A stretch of DNA of 63,874 bases, the filler included, from Atractiella rhizophila (taxonomy: Eukaryota): assembly GCA_021432655.1 (NCBI GenBank). It is 9 parts of 8 records of this genome, joined end to end, with 100 filler letters (N's around TTAATTAATTAA, not from the genome) between each part and the next. Parts side by side here need not be neighbours in the genome. Positions count along the whole stretch, not along the records: positions 45,497 to 56,730 come from MU272046.1; positions 56,831 to 58,660 come from MU272047.1; positions 58,761 to 60,793 come from MU272047.1; positions 60,894 to 62,733 come from MU272049.1; positions 62,834 to 63,874 come from MU272082.1; 4 more parts are not named here. One strand, 5' to 3'. The translations under genes and the position numbers were made by a program. Positions 51,354 through 63,874 of this stretch are shown here, one piece after another. Under the pieces are notes generated by a model. The model searched no databases. It was not told the origin of the DNA and saw only the letters and a program-made list of their open reading frames with translations. How positions within the stretch are numbered: position 1 is the stretch's first letter; the number at the start of each line of letters is the position of its first letter.

Positions 51354-52791
51354 CTAGTCCTTCATCATCATTTCCCTTGCTTCTGCTCGCTGCCGAAGTA
51401 TCCTCGCACAGTTTTCATATACCACAAAAGTTACACACGTCCCTGGAAGGATCCTCAAAGAATTTGGCAGCAATCCACGATAATAACCACGAAATCCGTC
51501 TTGCATAAAGGTCCTCTTTATTGCTTGTGGTATATTTGGGTAATCAGACGGCAGAAACTAATGCGAAGTGAGTTAGTGGCTGCACCGCGATGATGAAGTA
51601 AGAACGGGTGAAAATCCACCTGTATTCGGGAACGGATCACTTGGAGAGGATACGTCACGCAAAGGGCCATCAACCGGCTGGCACCTGAGAGAAGGATGTA
51701 TTCGCTATTGCTCTGAATTGTAACCACATCAGTGACTGTTGCTGTGTAGTGGATGGAAGAATATGTGAGACACTGACAAGATCTGTCTTTCGCGTCCGTT
51801 CCTTCCGCCATTTCTTCAACTCCTCGTAGCACATAAATTGCACTGCTCCGTTCGAAACCCCCAGCAATGCAAGAAAACTTCCTCTGTATAATCCGACAAC
51901 TCCTTCCGATCGCCATATGCGGCTCAGAGCGTCTACCCAGGCAGTGAGCTGGAGATCGCCGTGAGGAAGAGGCAGGACATATACCCCAAATGCTGCGATA
52001 ACTTTCTGGAGCGCTTCTGGGTGTCGCAAACATTCGAGTCTTTACCACCCATAGTGGATTTGTTACCATTGCTGAAGCAGCGCCTGTGCACTCCTTGTGA
52101 GAATGTAAAACCGGGAGAACGTACAAACTACCTGCTTGTGCAGCTGCCAGTAAATGTTGAGGTGCGGACAGCTTTGCTGAGGGATCTCCCATCCTTTGCG
52201 CCGCACGTTGCTTCAATTGCGTGTACCTGTGTTGGTGTCAGGTTGAGCGGCATGTCAGCTTAGCAGCATGAAAACAGAACCTCTAATACTTTTAGTGAGA
52301 GAGCATATTATAAGCTATGGACTTTCTGGAAGCTGGAAAATGGCGTTCCTTTCAGTAGCTTCTACAACACTAAATAAACTAAGGGCAGCATGTCTCAACG
52401 CGCACTTTTAGGTAGTAAGACAACAAGGCTGGTTTACGTGGGTATAACAGAGAAATGCGCAGAGCTACATAATTTTCTTTGGGGATAATAGAATATTATC
52501 TAGTGCTGAAAGAAAGAGGTAACCGGCTTACCAAAGGAAGTAGAGGCCCCAACCAGTGCCATTGCCCAAAATATTTACTCCAATGCCTCTGTAAAGGCCT
52601 GTAACACCATCTTTACTGATAATTTTCTTGAGCTCCTGAGTTATGCGACTTCTTTCCGTGCCAACTTGAAATTTGACCTTCAGTAAATCCAAGGGATGCA
52701 TCGTCATTGTTGACGCCATGCCCGCCACAAGGCCAGAAAAAGCTTCATCGTAAGCGCGACTAGGGAAGTAAGAGATCGACGGCGCGGACAT
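51354..52791 (-). CDS. FLX1: Mitochondrial carrier, FAD/folate type
   Basis: Three carrier signatures HPLDLLKVKFQ, NPLWVVKTRM, YPLQVIRSRIQ; WGLYFLW, VSNGAVQFMCYEELK, GTCVTFVVYEN. Confidence 0.88.
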
Positions 52792-53611
52792 TGTTCAAGA
52801 TTGTTCGGGATTGAAAGAAAACAGAGCAAACTTGAAAACTCGGAGTGGTGGACGGATCTGCGGGCGGTTCATATATTCAACTGGTCGATAGTGTTTACTG
52901 CGCTAAAACAAGGCTGCGAAAAAGTGGTTACAAAGAGCAAATACCAAGGATCTGACTAACGGACTCTTTATTAGAAAAGGCATCTTCAAGATTTCCAAGA
53001 ACTGAAGTTATAGACTCTATATGATTGGGCTAAAACAAATACAAGCAATTCTGTGAGCTTGCTAAAACTGATGCACTTGATCAAGCTATGAGTCACAGTG
53101 CAGGGCTCAAGGGGCTGTGCTCCTTGCGCATTAGGTTAGGGGGCTCTGGAAAAAACATACACCCACAAAACCAAGACTCTGGAAAGAACTCGCGAATCAT
53201 GGGAGATTCGATGAATATAGATGAATGGGGATATAATGACGTGTCCTGGTTGAGGTAAATAAATGGAGGGGAGGGATCCTGAGAGGAAGTAGCTGTGAAT
53301 CTCGGCGATCGTGCGTCTTTTCCAGCTTGTGTGCGAAATGCCGACGATGTTTGATGTTGCTGGATTGCACTCTTGCTCTTCAGTTCTTTCGATGTTGTTG
53401 GCCATGCATCGTTATCTCTATCATCAGTTGCGAACGTTATCCACAGTTAGTGTGGTCAAGTGCAGTGGTAATAGCTACTTTTCTCGGAGCATTGTGGACA
53501 CTTGAGAGAGCAAACCATCGATTGATCTATTATATATCTCTGTGTACGAATATGGTGTGATGCAGTTTCTAGGAAAACCAGAGAGCAAAGACGAAGTGCC
53601 ATCCTCAGGTT

Positions 53612-54091
53612 TCACTTCACTGGGACCATTCGTCGCGGCCTTTTCTCTTTCCACAACTTGCACAGCTCCTTCAATGGGTCCTTTTTGAACTCGTTGTTTT
53701 CACATCGGAATCGACAAATCAATACGTGGTCCAAAACTGCCTCATACATCAGTACCACGGTTGAAAGGGCAAAGCACTGCGTCGTACTTTCGTAATATTG
53801 CTTGTCTTTGAATCTCCAAGTGCAAGGTGATGGACATTCTTGACCTATTGTGAGACTATAAAAATTTGAAGAGCGATGAGCCAGTTCCGTACTTTGCAGC
53901 CACAACTTTGGGTTAGAGTCAACTGAAGGAAGAATTTCCTTTCCATCGTCGTCGAAAACCAGATTATACGTTCCTGGTGTAAACAAAACAAAATCCTCTA
54001 TTACATGACCTTTTCTAGTGCCAATGTTTAGATATGTGTGCACCGGGAAAAGAGCAGAGTGTTTACGCTTTTTGAAAGAAATATTCTTCAC
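53612..54091 (-). CDS. Hypothetical protein or gene relic
   Basis: 159-codon open frame with protein-like composition; no recognised motif. Confidence 0.25.
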   Translation of the reverse strand: MKNISFKKRKHSALFPVHTYLNIGTRKGHVIEDFVLFTPGTYNLVFDDDGKEILPSVDSNPKLWLQSTELAHRSSNFYSLTIGQECPSPCTWRFKDKQYYESTTQCFALSTVVLMYEAVLDHVLICRFRCENNEFKKDPLKELCKLWKEKRPRRMVPVK

Positions 54092-55362
54092 TGACTGGAC
54101 AGTCTAATAATTCGAAAAAGATAAAGTTCCTTTTCACGCTGTTCTTCTCTATCTCTTCTTGAGGCATTATTACGCTTAGCTTTGTCCTGATCTATCAATA
54201 TTCTACTTACAATAGGCGCTTTTATGCAGAGCTCAGAAATCGCTACTCGCCATCTTTCTCAGGGCTCACCCATGGTATCAGCCAAGCGGCGCAAAGCTAG
54301 CACCGTTTTGCGCCACTAACTCTTCTTCTCATTCGAAATTTCAAAACGTAAACATAGCAAGCGGCTGCTGGCAACTGCCCTGACGCCTTGGGCCGATACT
54401 TCGGACACCTGAACAATGCAGCCATAACCCCATTTGATTGATAATACCAAATACTCGACGGCAGGAGGCACCAAAGCTAGTTCACTTTGAGATATTGGAA
54501 TGTGACGCTTGAAGTAGATACTTATATTCTAATTCGAATATGAAGACTCAGCGAGGGTCAGCTGTCCAACTCGTTTGCGGGATTGTCTTGTGGCAGAAGA
54601 CAAGAAATTAATTACAGTGCCTGTAGTGTATACATAGCAGCGCAGCTTTGTTGTGATCCAAGTGCTGTTAGTAAATATGAGAATCACTAGAATTCGGTTT
54701 TATGACTGCTCCAGGCGTTATAAAACCCCTTCTTTCTTGTCCTCTTCTCCTGTGAATTAACTGTGTAATTGTTTCTGGCTCCCGACTGCCGGTCTTTCCA
54801 AATTATTCTTGCTCAGGCTTTTCTTTGCGTTCAAGCAGTCAGCCCCTCACATGCTCTTCCCGCCCTCCTTCAAGACTCCGGTTAGAACCCCCATAGTATG
54901 CAAGGACATGTCCTTTACCCTCTGCCGTTACTGTGGAAACATACTGGTTGATCCTCGTTGAGTACCTTTTTCTGCCAGGTACCTTTTTCTCCTAATACCT
55001 TCACCTGGGTTGCCGTTGCTTTACTTCATTTGCTTGTACAGTAAGTTCTTTATTCGTCTAGAGTGGATGAACTCGGACGCGTTGACCGAGGCAGTAACGG
55101 CATGCGAAGTAGTTTTCTTTCAGTACTTCGGGTCTTGTTCGCCTTCGGTAATCATCTTCCTTTATATCATCAGTCCAATTTCCAGCTTCCTGTTCCCTCC
55201 ATCCTTTCCAATGCTTCATCTCACTTCAAACAGGTCAGGGAGTTGCCTTGCGGGCTCCACTGTGTGACTTAGATCTGGCGAGACATAGGTGCAACAACAC
55301 TATTGAATTCCATTGATACTCTTTACATCATGTACCCTTTTCTGTGACATTCAAACAATAAA

Positions 55363-56730
55363 TCAGTCGTAAGTTTTCTCTTGATGCCCAGGAACGATAA
55401 CAGCATGTCGGTCCCTTTGGTAGCCTCCGGCTTGCTGCCATTTTTGTTTCTTGAAGGTCCACCTAAAGCGGCATCGGCGTCAGCCACCCACTCATGACCT
55501 TCTTGAACGAAAACCAGAAAGGCGTACTCCTCCATGTTAGGTAATGGTGCACCAGTCTCCTTCGCTGCGTTTTCAAGCTCATTCTCCGTCAATCCCAGTC
55601 GCTGAAGGACGGGAGACTCTTTTATAGCCCTCAAGACCACAGTGTTTTCCGGACGGGCGAAATAGAGCAATCCAAGACGGTCGACATGTTGTTGGTCTTT
55701 TGGAGGTACGTTCTGTTGTCAGGAGATTGAGTCGAGGAGACGAGAGAAAAGAGCCACGCACAACTTTGTGAATCGTCGATTTAACGTAGCCTCCCGTAAG
55801 GAAAGAGAGAGCGTCGCAGGTGTTTACAGTAAGTGTGCCATCTTGAGGCTTGACTGCGGGATAATAAGTTTGTGCCAGAACATGACAAAAGAAGAACGCG
55901 GACCCCACTTCCACTGGTCGTCGAAGGGTTGCTTGATCTGCAGTGCCGCGACCGGTTGACGGAAGAGAAGCGTCTACCACAGCCTAGTCAGAGCACCTCT
56001 TTGGAACTGCAAGGAAACGAACGATTGTGCCTAAATCCTATGATAAAAATTACAAAATCAGCCTTCGATTCTTACAGACCAAGAAATACTCACAGTGTGA
56101 CCCCTCGCCCACCCATCCTTGATCTTTGCGTTTTCTTCGGGAGTGAACTTGGAATACTTCATATACCTCAAGTGATCCTCGCTCTTCTCTTCATACCTGT
56201 GGATCTTAGTGAAGTAATCCTCGGGCAGTTCCAAAGCGCGAGCAAAAAGAATATGGAGAGGATCGAGAACGTGAGTGTGCAGGTCGCGCGCGAATGACTC
56301 GATTTCGGGAAGCACCGTTTTGATCAACTCTGGATGGTCCTGTTGGAAGTGCGGGGTGAATTTGGGGATGTTATACACCTATTCAACCGTTCAGCTACCT
56401 TCACAGGTCGGGCAGGCCAAGAACTAACCTCTGTCCTGCTGAAGAGGCCTGGGACTATCTCGTGCCTTCCGGCAGGGGAGTAACCATTGTAATGACCCTG
56501 GCCTTTAGCAGGTTTGCCTAAGAAACGTATATGAGTAAGGTAGATAAAAAATACACACTGTGGTCCGGCTTATACTTCAGCTTCTCTTCGAGAGGAAGCT
56601 CGTAGAACTGATTTCCGATACTGAATTGCCTATCGACACGTTCTTGGGAAATGCCGAAATCTAGTTAAACTGTTCAGTAAAACAGTTTGGGGTCAAAGGA
56701 TGTGGACGAAGCACATACTCTTGACATAGA
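55363..56730 (-). CDS. 2-oxoglutarate/Fe(II) dioxygenase (IPNS-like), 5' cut by linker
   Basis: HLRYMKYS, GHT|DLGTI, QPVAALQI, VNTCDALSFLTGGYVKSTIH, DRLGLLYFARP; ends QEKTYD* at 55363. Confidence 0.9.
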
Positions 56731-56830
56731 NNNNNNNNNNNNNNNNNNNNNNNNNNNNNNNNNNNNNNNNNNNNTTAATTAATTAANNNNNNNNNNNNNN
56801 NNNNNNNNNNNNNNNNNNNNNNNNNNNNNN

Positions 56831-57594
56831 AGAGAGAAGAGAAGTGCGTGACGTACCCCTGGCCCTGTGTTGACTGGTCCGTTCGTCGGTCCGCCTGGTG
56901 CTCCTGTCGAAGGGAGCGTCGAAGGAAGGGTTCCGCCTCCTACTGGAAAAGTGGGGAGAGTCGATGGGTTCGTAGATGGCAGAGTTCCGCCTCCACCTGC
57001 TGGAAAGGTTGTTGGAGGGTTCGTAGATGGAGCCGTAGATGGATTCTGTGGATTTGTGGAAGGTGGATTTGTAGGAGGTGGATTTGTAGAAGGTGGATTC
57101 GTGGGGGAGGGTTGGTAGAAGGTGGATTCGTGGGAGGAGGGTTGGTAGAAGGTGGATTGGTCACAGGTGGATTAGATGGTGGTTTCGTAGGAGGATTCGT
57201 AGAAGGAGGATTTGTCGAGGGTGGTTTCGTGGGAGGATTCGTTGAAGGAGCATCCGATGCCTATTAATTAAAGTCAGCAAGTTCTTCATTTTTCGAGACG
57301 ACGCCCATACAAGATCAGTCAATAAAGTGTCACGGACACAAAGAAGCCCAATGCTTATAATCTGTCCTCGGAAAATCCATAAAAGAATGGGGAACGCACA
57401 GGGATCGTCGTTAATGGATCATCACCACCATTTGCAGGAAGAGTCGTGGATCCTGGAACTGAGTGGGAAGGTGCGGCTGGAGGGCCGAATTCGCTCGAAA
57501 GCTGACTAGGTACCCCAGGAGGAGCTTGCGGGAAACTGAGTGCAGGATGTGGTACAAGGAAGAAAATGAAAAAGAAAAGTACAAGCTGGCCCAT
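56831..57594 (-). CDS. Secreted Pro/Ser/Thr-rich protein with (P)STNPP repeats, 3' cut by linker
   Basis: Signal peptide MGQLVLFFFIFFLVPHPALS; many TNPP units at ~56940-57255; apparent 1-bp frameshift near 57105. Confidence 0.75.
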
Positions 57595-57690
57595 TTCGAT
57601 ACCACTTCGAAGTTGAGTTTGAAGTTTCAGCAAAAACTCAGAGAGACTGGGGAAGGGCAACTCTGAGCCTTTAAGGAGCTCTCACCAGGC

Positions 57691-57882
57691 TGTTCTATGA
57701 TTGGCTTAGGCAGAGCTCAGGGTTCCATCTCCAGCAGGCTCTTGTTCCTCAATTCACTGCATAAATTCGCTTTCCCAATCAGCTGCATTCAATTCAATCA
57801 GGACAGTCACTGTTGATGGAATTCCAGGGACTGGACGTACCTGCATTATCCCCGCTCTCATTCATCAATCACGTCGCGATCA
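57691..57882 (-). promoter_or_regulatory. Conserved promoter module, copy 1 (contains CCAAT)
   Basis: Blocks shared with 58829-59000, about 100-290 bp upstream of the secreted-protein ATG. Confidence 0.65.
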
Positions 57883-58331
57883 GTCTCGCCGCATGAATGG
57901 AGCGAAGGGTGGGCGTGGTCAGAGGATGCACGACCATGAAAAGAATACCTTGGTGGCTGTCTCAATGCCTTAGGCACTGGTAGTGTTCAGCAATTTCGCC
58001 CAGGAGAGGAAGCCCACCGAGATGCTCGAAGCCATTGCAATAGGCAGCGAGAAGTGTGTTCTTGAAATCACGCTAGTAAAGCCTGGAGAAAAGGGTGTAC
58101 ATGCGACACTCAACTTCTGCTTCTGCACAAATTTATTCCAAAACCAAAAGAAGCACTTGTAGTACTTCGCTTCAATTCACTGGCGACAAGTAGTCCATTT
58201 CCGAAAGAAACCATGGATGATATCTATCCAGCTCCAGTTAGAGTCATAGCATCAATTTCAGTACAACATCAACCACACCACAGGATCCCGTAAAGCGTCC
58301 ATTCCAACGTAACATCGTGAACATCATCATT

Positions 58332-58660
58332 TTATCCAAACAACCACCAAAAGCCAAACACACATCCCAGCGATGCCACCGAAGCACCAATCCAGTTCCC
58401 GCGTCCTAAGACATCAGCGCTGCTCACTTCAAGGAGCTGTCCGGTCGCGATTGGGACGTAGGTGGTGGAACCACCCACCACCTTTGGGCTGAAAGTGACC
58501 AGTTGTGTATGTCCATTTATGATGATCGGACGGACGGGGAGGAAAGTGGTCGTGCCGTGCAAGACGGTCGGTCGGTATGTCTGGGTGTAGCTAGAACCAT
58601 CGAAGACGGTGGGGACGACGATGATGGGAGTCGTCCCGGCAGAAGTTATCTTTGTAGTGA
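58332..58660 (-). CDS. C-terminus of a Thr-rich, probably GPI-anchored cell-surface protein
   Basis: TTPIIVPTVFDGSSYTQT...EVSSA followed by hydrophobic tail IGASVASLGCVFGFWWLFG*. Confidence 0.65.
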
Positions 58661-58828
58661 NNNNNNNNNNNNNNNNNNNNNNNNNNNNNNNNNNNNNNNN
58701 NNNNTTAATTAATTAANNNNNNNNNNNNNNNNNNNNNNNNNNNNNNNNNNNNNNNNNNNNAGGAGAGTAGAGCGAACGAGAGTGGAAGAGAGTTGCGTCT
58801 GCGCTTTTAAAGACCTTTGAACACAGGT

Positions 58829-59000
58829 TGTTCTATGATTGGCTTAGGCAGTTCCAGCTCCAACTCTTAATGCATAATTCACTTGTGCCCACTCCTTTCA
58901 ACAATCGTCCCGCCGTTGTTGATGGAATTCCGGGTACTCGACGTACCTCACCCGCATCCACCGCACTTATTCATTCACAACCGTATCATTCTCGCGATCA
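58829..59000 (-). promoter_or_regulatory. Conserved promoter module, copy 2
   Basis: 23-bp, 15-bp and 9-bp identities to copy 1 in the same order; followed on the minus strand by TTTAAAA and a CT-rich leader at the fragment edge. Confidence 0.65.
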
Positions 59001-60355
59001 ATGTAGCCACGTCAACGTCAATGTCGATATGCTGTTCGAGACCATAACCCTCGTCTGAACTTGGCTCACTCGACGCGCAAGAATTCCGAAGAACATAGGA
59101 TAATATAATGTGAAAGGCAACGCTTCCCAGAAGCCCGTAGGCACCAGACGACACAAGTGTGCTCCAGGCAAACGAATGCAACTGCTTTGCATCCATGAAC
59201 TTCCGGTCACCGCTGTCAAATTTGTTAGTTCTCCAGTGCACGAAACTCATGTCCAATTCGTTTCCAACTTTCAAACCTTCACAGTTTTCTTGAAAGTTTA
59301 CAAGTATGAAGTAAAACAGGTTTAGCTCTAGCGGCCATCATCTGTATTATTGATCATCGGTAAAGGTCAATAAAGGTTCGCACGCATTCTTAGAAGCGTC
59401 ATGGATGGGTTCACGAAAGGATGAGAGATCATAAAGAAATCAATTGATCTCTCAAAAGTCAATTGACATCTTCGATATTACACCACGTCCGCATTCATGT
59501 CTTCCTTACAACACCAACCTTTGCTCACCATCTAGCACTTTAAGCAGCAAATTAGAAAGGGATGTTTGGAAGAGGAGCGGAGAGACAACATGACACGAAT
59601 TGGAAGGAGAGACGTGCTCACCGGTAATTCCCTTACTTGGTTTCCTGCACAGCGTTTCCATTCAGAAATAACGCTAACTCCATCCTAAGCCTCACGATCA
59701 CACTCCTGAATGCTACTATTCCGTTCACCTATTCTGTTCATAGTGATGGCGCAGCCGCTGTTGCCTGCCCTTTGGCCTCGTTTTCGTACTCAACTAGGCT
59801 TCAGCGGCTCCATTCCTACTAGAGCTTACGCGGCCTTGAGCCAGTCAAGCTGAGATCAAGCCTGCCAACGCTGCCGCAGTGCTGTAACGTGGAGTGTTGT
59901 GTCCTGCGAATAAGGTTCTCGGCGCATTATTTCATCACATCTGACAATCTGTCCCTCCTTGTTTACGACGTTCGTTCATGGCTTTCGTGCCAGATCTTTG
60001 GAAGATTTGATTGAGACTTGGGAGCAAAGGAATATGGCATAGAACGCTTCCTGTCCGAAAGGGTTAAAGCTTTAAAGCCTAGGATTTGAAACAGCCTGAT
60101 TCCTCAGGCTTCGAATATTGGCATAGTGGAGGAATCTTGTGCGTCATCGCACTGCCAAAGGCGTCCAAGCTTTCATGCTCAAGCTGCGATCCACCTCGCG
60201 CGTTTCACAACCCTTTGATGCCATCCGGACACATGATATCGTTTCGAGGTCCCTCTGCTTGTATCTTTAGCTTGGATATAAAAGACGAGGCATCTACTAT
60301 GGCGGTTGTCTTCTTCCTCCACCTTTCAGTTTGACTAGTTTCGAAGCACAACAAG

Positions 60356-60793
60356 ATGCGCGCAACCTTCCTTTCTTCCCTCCTCACGTCCGCTCTCGCC
60401 TTCTCCCTTCCTTTCGTTAAAGAGAGGAATCGGGACTCAACTGTGTCCACATTCACTTCTCTTTCTCAGCGACAATTGAGCGAGAAAGGTGTATATGCCC
60501 ATTTCATGTTTGGGATAATTTCTTCCTACACTGCAGCCGATTGGGAGAAAGACATCTCTCTGGCGAAGGCAGTAGGGATCGACGCCTTTGCATTGAACGC
60601 TGGAAAGGATGATCACAACGACGCTCAATTAACACTTGCCTACGGTAGGTCCACCTTGACCTTAGGTCGCATTTTCTCATAAAGGGTGGTCTGGGAAGAC
60701 GCGGCTGACAAGCTTGGATTCAAGCTTTTCATCTCATTTGATTTTGCGTATTGGACAGCTGGAGGTCAGGCTTCTCTTCTTTTCTTTGCTACA
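60356..60793 (+). CDS. GH71 alpha-1,3-glucanase (mutanase), 5' part
   Basis: Signal peptide; VYAHFMFG, DWEKDISLAKAVGIDAFALN, LAY|DAADKLGFKLFISFDF. Confidence 0.93.
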
Positions 60794-60893
60794 NNNNNNN
60801 NNNNNNNNNNNNNNNNNNNNNNNNNNNNNNNNNNNNNTTAATTAATTAANNNNNNNNNNNNNNNNNNNNNNNNNNNNNNNNNNNNNNNNNNNN

Positions 60894-61354
60894 GTTGGCA
60901 GCAGGTCGGGAATATTTTTAGAGGAGCAGATCAGCCAATCGTAGGTTCTATCTCTAGCACCTTCTGGTGCGGATTCGGAGAAAACTTGAAAGTATTGTTT
61001 GTGAGCGAATTTGGATGAATATCAGTGAGAACTGACGACGGTGTGGACGCCAGTTCTTTTCATCGCCGAACTTGAGAGAATAGACATCGACACCGTCCTC
61101 TCAATAGAAGGGAGAAATATAAGGACACGGACAGCGAGAGAGAATCTGCGACGTACTTAAAGCTTGGTTGTAGTTTGAACGTGCGAGCGCGGTTACTCTT
61201 GCTTTGCCCGACTTCTCGAGGAGGTAGCTAAATCCAGAATGTTCAGGACTCCCAGATTTATCACTCTGATATAGAATACTTACGAATACAGGATACCCAC
61301 CGCTCCGAAGCCGATCACCAGCACGTTCAACTTACTGCTGGAATCTGACGACAT
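60894..61354 (-). CDS. Ketopantoate reductase (PanE/ApbA) family protein, 5' part
   Basis: VLVIGFGAVGILYS|YLLEKSGKARVTALARSNY...YDWLICSSKNIPD. Confidence 0.88.
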
Positions 61355-63333
61355 AGGTTTCCTTTGTTGATGATCGAAAGCAGGGATACAGATGTTGCGA
61401 TTGTGAAAAGTTGGCCCTTGGGAGTTTGATCTACGAGAGATTATGAATCTACAGGTTGTGATACCCGACACCCAACGCATAGACACCTCGAGGTCAGGCT
61501 TCTATTATTTTTCAATCTGAATTGAATGATCCAAAGCTTTCATGCTTTTAAATAGAGCAAAGAAATAAAGGGCTGCCAGTACAGCCCGTATCCCGCGCTA
61601 TTTCCGGTTTTAGGTGAATTACTGGTCAGAGAATCAGGGAGATTGGCTGATACTGTAACTCTGGTGATTCATGCTCTTGTTGCGGATATTCCGGTAGTCT
61701 CAATACTACACATCGGCCAACACATTGCGTCAACGCATGAGACTCACCGTTATGTAGCAAGCGGGAGGCATTGATTATTACTCAAGGATCTATGGTGAAG
61801 TTAGTCGATCCTTCCGTCTACAACTGTTGGGTAAGTAGTTTTTTGAAACGTAAGAGCAAATATGGCAATGAGGCATTATTCAAATGGATCAAGACACTTG
61901 ATAGCTACTGGCCACGACAAGGCGGTTGCAAAATATGTGGTTTCCCGTGGTTGAAGAAAGTTGTCTGTGGTGACACGATGTCCTGTCTCAGGGCGTACAA
62001 TCACGTTCTCAACATTGAATGTAAAAATATTAAAAATCGGTTCTTTCTAATCCCTCCACATTGACATTTGAACTCGCATTTGAACATTTGAACCTCTGTC
62101 AAAAGTCATGTTAGACACTTTTTCGGGCTCGTTTAGCTACTTGTTGGACACTTGTATACGCTCCAAAGACAGTCAACCAAAACATAGAAACTTGTGCAAA
62201 ATATGACTGCAGACATTGCTTAGATAACGACGTTAACTAGCATTCTGCAGGTTCAGAACTCAACACTAAGCAGTAATTGTTTGGCAACTGAAATGCCACC
62301 TGATCGTGGCTGAGACTCTGACAAGCCTAATTAAGGCAGAATCGCCCCGTTGAAGTAAAATTACATGATAACAACATTATTTGTTCGTCATTTCTGTGTA
62401 GGTGAAACTTCAATTCTCTCAAGCCCAGACATAATATTGGTTCAGCTCCCCCTCTCCCTTAGTCAAAATTCTTGCCTTGCCACCTTTTGGTATAGATTTA
62501 ATCGTTCCATCAAGACATACAAGTCTATCTTTTTCTTCCTCCGAGTTACCACTCTAGGAATACCCTCATAAACCCTTTCGAATACTTCCGCCATTTGTAC
62601 AGCTATAGTGAGATGGGCTCCTCCCCTGCTCCCAACACCTCATAAAGTCCTGCCTTCCGACCCTTACCTATGGGCACGCAAGTGAGAGACTCCTCAGGAC
62701 ATAAAGTAACTACTAGAACACTTATCCTAGGATNNNNNNNNNNNNNNNNNNNNNNNNNNNNNNNNNNNNNNNNNNNNTTAATTAATTAANNNNNNNNNNN
62801 NNNNNNNNNNNNNNNNNNNNNNNNNNNNNNNNNCCTGATCGAAACTGCATTTCCTAAGCTGACCGTCAGCTATGACCAGGTCGACCTGGGGACTCTGCTT
62901 ACCTAGCCCGGTAGGTAGCGTAGAGGGATACGACTCCATGGACGCAAAGCGCCAGCAGTGGTGTTGTGAGCGAACGTCCCGGACGCAGCACGTACAACTG
63001 GTGTAATCCTTGCATTAAACTCGATCCAGGCTCTTCCCTAATTTGACAAGTTAGTGTGGAAAATGAATTTTCCGAAGCGGGAAATGCCGACCGGCAAACT
63101 GTGACAGATCTAACTTTTGCTGAAGTGGTGTGCCTTCTCAACTCCTAGAATGCAGATGTCGACCTCCCACCCTGTCTTAGCTCAACCCGCCTCCCACGGT
63201 GGAGGCCGTTCTCGCGGTCCTTCTTCGCTATCCTCTGAGCTCCCAATGAGGGCGATGACCTTGCCTCAAACAGCTCAGGTCCGCTCAACTTCTGCATTCC
63301 TTTGGACACTGGACTGATCCTCAGCCATGATAG

Positions 63334-63489
<156 letters not shown>

Positions 63490-63622
63490 TGAATAGGATT
63501 AAACCATCTCCCTGTGATCGAGAAGAGTTAGTCCCTTTGGTCATCCTCCTACCTATTTTGATTCTAATTGCTCCAATGGAAAGCCGTCATGACCCCTACA
63601 GGTTCGTTCTTTGCCCCCTTAG

Positions 63623-63859
<237 letters not shown>

Positions 63860-63874
63860 TGATCACCATCGTGG

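Noticed and set aside
54760..55285. Possible gypsy-type solo LTR ending in ACA
   Set aside because: No matching left terminus or TSD found.
56848..57267. Plus-strand GGFVEGG glycine-rich ORFs
   Set aside because: Antisense shadow of the minus-strand STNPP gene, which has a signal peptide and splice sites.

Overview
Fungal nuclear DNA with many short (~45-60 bp) spliceosomal introns; gene content and intron style suggest a basidiomycete (inference). The window is not one locus: nine fragments are joined by eight artificial 100-bp linkers (44 N + TTAATTAATTAA + 44 N), and there are three plain N gaps. Recognisable genes: A1 aspartic protease, FunK1-type kinase relic, a putative PD-(D/E)xK nuclease-kinase fusion, tRNA-Lys(CTT), SF3A1/PRP21 (3' half), Pex11-like, UXS1, CPL1/PriA-like, frataxin, two tandem Sso1-type syntaxins, F-box proteins, MDV1/CAF4, CDC6, RTA1, SDR, FAH-family, a GGT fragment, FLX1-like carrier, 2OG-Fe(II) oxygenase, Pro/Thr-rich secreted proteins, GH71 glucanase and PanE-like. 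Mobile DNA: an intact Ty1/copia pol with its 3' LTR, a related solo LTR with a 5-bp TSD, and TpA-enriched (RIP-like) relics. The most striking signal is an architecture shared by both LTRs: an intron whose 3' end duplicates the sequence just before its donor, plus an upstream antisense arm that can pair over the 5' splice site, with a compensatory change between the two families. This suggests an LTR splicing switch coupled to intron regeneration during reverse transcription (hypothesis). A box C/D snoRNA sits in the long syntaxin intron. Exon boundaries were read by eye and are approximate; no database searches were run.
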